Positions 59,495-64,000 of a stretch of 64,000 nucleotides of DNA are shown piece by piece. The notes beneath the pieces were generated by a model. The model was not told the DNA's origin and searched no databases. It saw nothing but the letters and a program-made list of their open reading frames with translations. The position numbers were made by a program, and so were the translations under genes. The stretch comes from Eledone cirrhosa. Its lineage: Eukaryota. The stretch lies in assembly GCA_964016885.1 (NCBI GenBank), contig OZ024743.1:327484001-327548000 (forward strand), read 5' to 3'. Numbering within the stretch: the first letter of the stretch is position 1; each line of letters begins with the position of its first letter.

Positions 59495-59552
59495 TATTAG
59501 ATGTTGTCCGTGAGGGTGCTTGGCTATTTCAGCGCTTTAGTCTCGCTATCCA
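59495..59552 (+). mobile_element. CRE-like 3' end remnant
   Basis: CCGTGAGGGTGCTTGGCTATTTCAGCGCTTTAGTCTCGCTATC is similar to 14729-14771. Confidence 0.6.
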
Positions 59553-60349
59553 CTCACTACAGCCGTAAGTGGGTGTCTATGTCTTCTTTCTTTCACATTC
59601 TTGTGTAATTTGTTCTATTTTGTAAACCATAAACACTGTTTAAATTGTATGTAATGTTGATAATAAAAGTAGGTTTTTGAGAATATAGGATAAGTGGTGG
59701 GAGAACTGGTGAGAAAGGGAGATGGTCGGAGGCAGTGGAAGATTAAGATATTTCTTGCACACGCAAATTACTTTTTGCTGTTAGTAACTTCCACCGGCTT
59801 GTTTTTGTTTTAAGTTTGGCGATAAAAACTTCAGGACCACCAAAGACATTATTTCGTCAATAAGTAAGTGCAGCTTAAGCTAAACCATTGCTTAAAACCT
59901 CCCCTAAAAAACTACGTTTCTCTTTTTACTTTATGCACACGATTAAAAAAAAAGCCTTCTGTATAAATAGAATATTTTGATTCTAATTTATTCAGTCGGC
60001 TTCCCTTTGTTTTCTCGGAGAGGAAACAAATTTTGCCCTAAGTTTTCAAAGTAATTATCTGTGATGTAATAGGATCAGTTTTTTTGTTTCATTTTGGTGA
60101 TTTTGTTTTGTGGTGTTTTATTTATTGATAACTGTCATATGTGTGTGTGATTCAGCTCTACATTGCGAGCTTAGTGATAAGTGTTTAATATCAAATAGTA
60201 GATATATAATTATATTCAAAGCAGATAATAATATACGTTTAAGTAAATGATCGGACAAACCTCAAGACGCACATTAAAACATATTTTTGAATCTATTAAG
60301 CTACTTGGTATCAACAACATAACGAACCTGCGAGGGAGTCTGTGCCTGG

Positions 60350-60535
60350 TCGTTAGACCTGCTAGAAATAACAGCCAAATTTCCAGTAAAATCACACCCT
60401 ACTATTTTAAGAAAGTAAAGATATTGAATAATGTAGTAGATCTAGATACAATTTCTGAAAATAAGAGGAGATAGTCACGGTTGGAACACCTTTGATCATA
60501 ATTCTGCTCAATCAGGGCTGAGCAGGGACTAAACA
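60350..60535 (-). mobile_element. Second SINE-like family fragment
   Basis: CCTGCTAGAAATAACAGCCAAAT...GGAACACCTTTGATCA is an inverted homolog of 56705-56890. Confidence 0.6.
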
Positions 60536-62223
60536 ACTGAATTGATTTTTTAAACAGCATTGCAAACCTTGAATTCACGTAAATGAGTACATAACAGATA
60601 ATTATTGAATTTAGTTGACTAAAAATCTTAATCCGCGCATGATTACCTTGCAGGCTTCACTATTTCATAATAGACTCTACATTCACCACTGTTTAAGGGA
60701 CAGTTATTATATCGAATTCTAACTTCCATGCTCTACATATAAACACAATTTAATTTATATAATGAATATGATTTACAAAACAAACTAATAGATATAAATT
60801 AATTGTTGGCAAGTGAAGAGATTGCTTGACTATTCCAGCGCCTTGCCTCACTATCCTCTTGGAAATACCATGAGTGTTTTGGTTTATCTCTAAATATGAT
60901 TTTTATGAAAACACCAGCATTTTCTGTTGTAGTGTGTAATTAAGTGGGCACGTCATCTCTTTTCTGATTAATTCCTATTTTAAATCATATTGTGTAGATT
61001 GTGTTTATATGTACAAGGTGTATTAATAACTAACAAGTAATCAACTTTGATGCTTATATATCACAGATGACACTCGAACTGTTCTACCGGTTTTATACGC
61101 ATTGAGCTTTTTATTTTTAGAAATTTTTTATTTCTTATTTGTTATTTATTTAGATTGCAACCTTTATTTTTATGGTAAAATTTTATATAGGATTCTATCG
61201 AGGATATGATCCCACAGATGTAGCATAAATAATTACCTGTCATTTTTGGAATTTAATTAAATTAAATTATTAATCAATTGCATTGTGAAAGAATCATATA
61301 TACCGTTATGTTCTTATTTTTTTAATTTCTCAATATCACTCTATACCATAGTGAAAGTTTCATCGTACATCTACTGATACTAATTGAATCGCGTTACCAA
61401 AGACTAGTTGGTTTGTTAGTTCCTCCTATCCCCCACCCCAGGTACATCGGACGACCATAAACTATGTCATTGGGTATTCTGTGCCAGTTCTTGGTAATTA
61501 GTTTCTATTAGTTGCTTGTGTGTTTTCCTGTTGATGTTAAATGCATCGCAAGAATTTTTTTTTCTCGTAAAATTAAATGAAAATACGGTCGTGTCCATCC
61601 TATGATAATCTTTTTATTTCTCCCATGAGTTTTTATCTCTGCAGATAACTACTTTTTCGCTTTTATTATATTTTTCATTTGCTTCTTTAATTACAATCGT
61701 TTAATTAAAATATCCCGTATATTGGACCAGTTGATTTTGCATTTGCTTCAATATAGAACGCTTATAGGATCTCGTGTCTTTATTTCATTTTATTTTTATA
61801 CTATATGAATACTTTTTGTTTGAGTGATAACTGATATGATGATTGAGAAAAACTAGTTGCTAAAGTTATTAAGTTATCTCCCTTGAATTAAGCAAGTGTC
61901 TAGTCAATATTATTGTTACCACGCATGCGTACTACTCCTATATCAATGTCAAAGTAATCAAAGCGATGTAAGAATCTTCCTTCCTTCAAGAGATAATGGT
62001 CAATTGCTGCTCTCATTGTAAGCTATTTCACTTCACTTACATCACAAATTATTTTTATAAAAGCATAAGTTCCACACCGTCTTTTCCTTCATCCATTTAT
62101 AAACAGCCCCAGTGCTGCTTCCGACTAGCGATATTAAGATTCGGTTTCGATCCTCCGTGGTTACATTTGTACTTCATTTAGCGTCTTCAAGATGTCACGT
62201 AATCACATTCCAGCCTTCATAAC

Positions 62224-64000
<1,777 letters not shown>

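Overview
AT-rich, microsatellite-dense eukaryotic DNA made almost entirely of transposable elements. The SINE sequences and the RTE (GAT)n tails suggest an octopus/cephalopod genome (inference). I could not support any host protein-coding gene. Contents: two large RTE-clade LINEs with a PHD-type zinc finger after the RT, plus many RTE fragments and 3' tails; a near full-length Tx1/L1-clade LINE and a second fragment; several CRE-clade (RLE endonuclease) fragments; three Penelope-like element (PLE) lineages, including an uninterrupted Naiad-type RT+GIY-YIG ORF between ~360-bp inverted pLTRs; non-autonomous Helitrons and a head-to-tail array of mini-Helitrons; two solo LTRs with 4-bp TSDs; MITEs; tRNA-derived SINEs; and a terminal ~1.8-kb (TA/TATG)n tract. 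Most notable observations: (1) several unrelated short fold-back elements that carry hammerhead ribozyme motifs, sit at (TA)n tracts, and share one asymmetric geometry with the intact Naiad element; (2) a consensus 39-nt GT-AG candidate micro-intron that contains the Tx1 ORF1 stop codon and would fuse ORF1 in frame to ORF2; (3) three tandem TC...CTAG mini-Helitron units; (4) solo LTRs with TG...TA termini. All calls were made by eye, and boundaries of degenerate copies are approximate.
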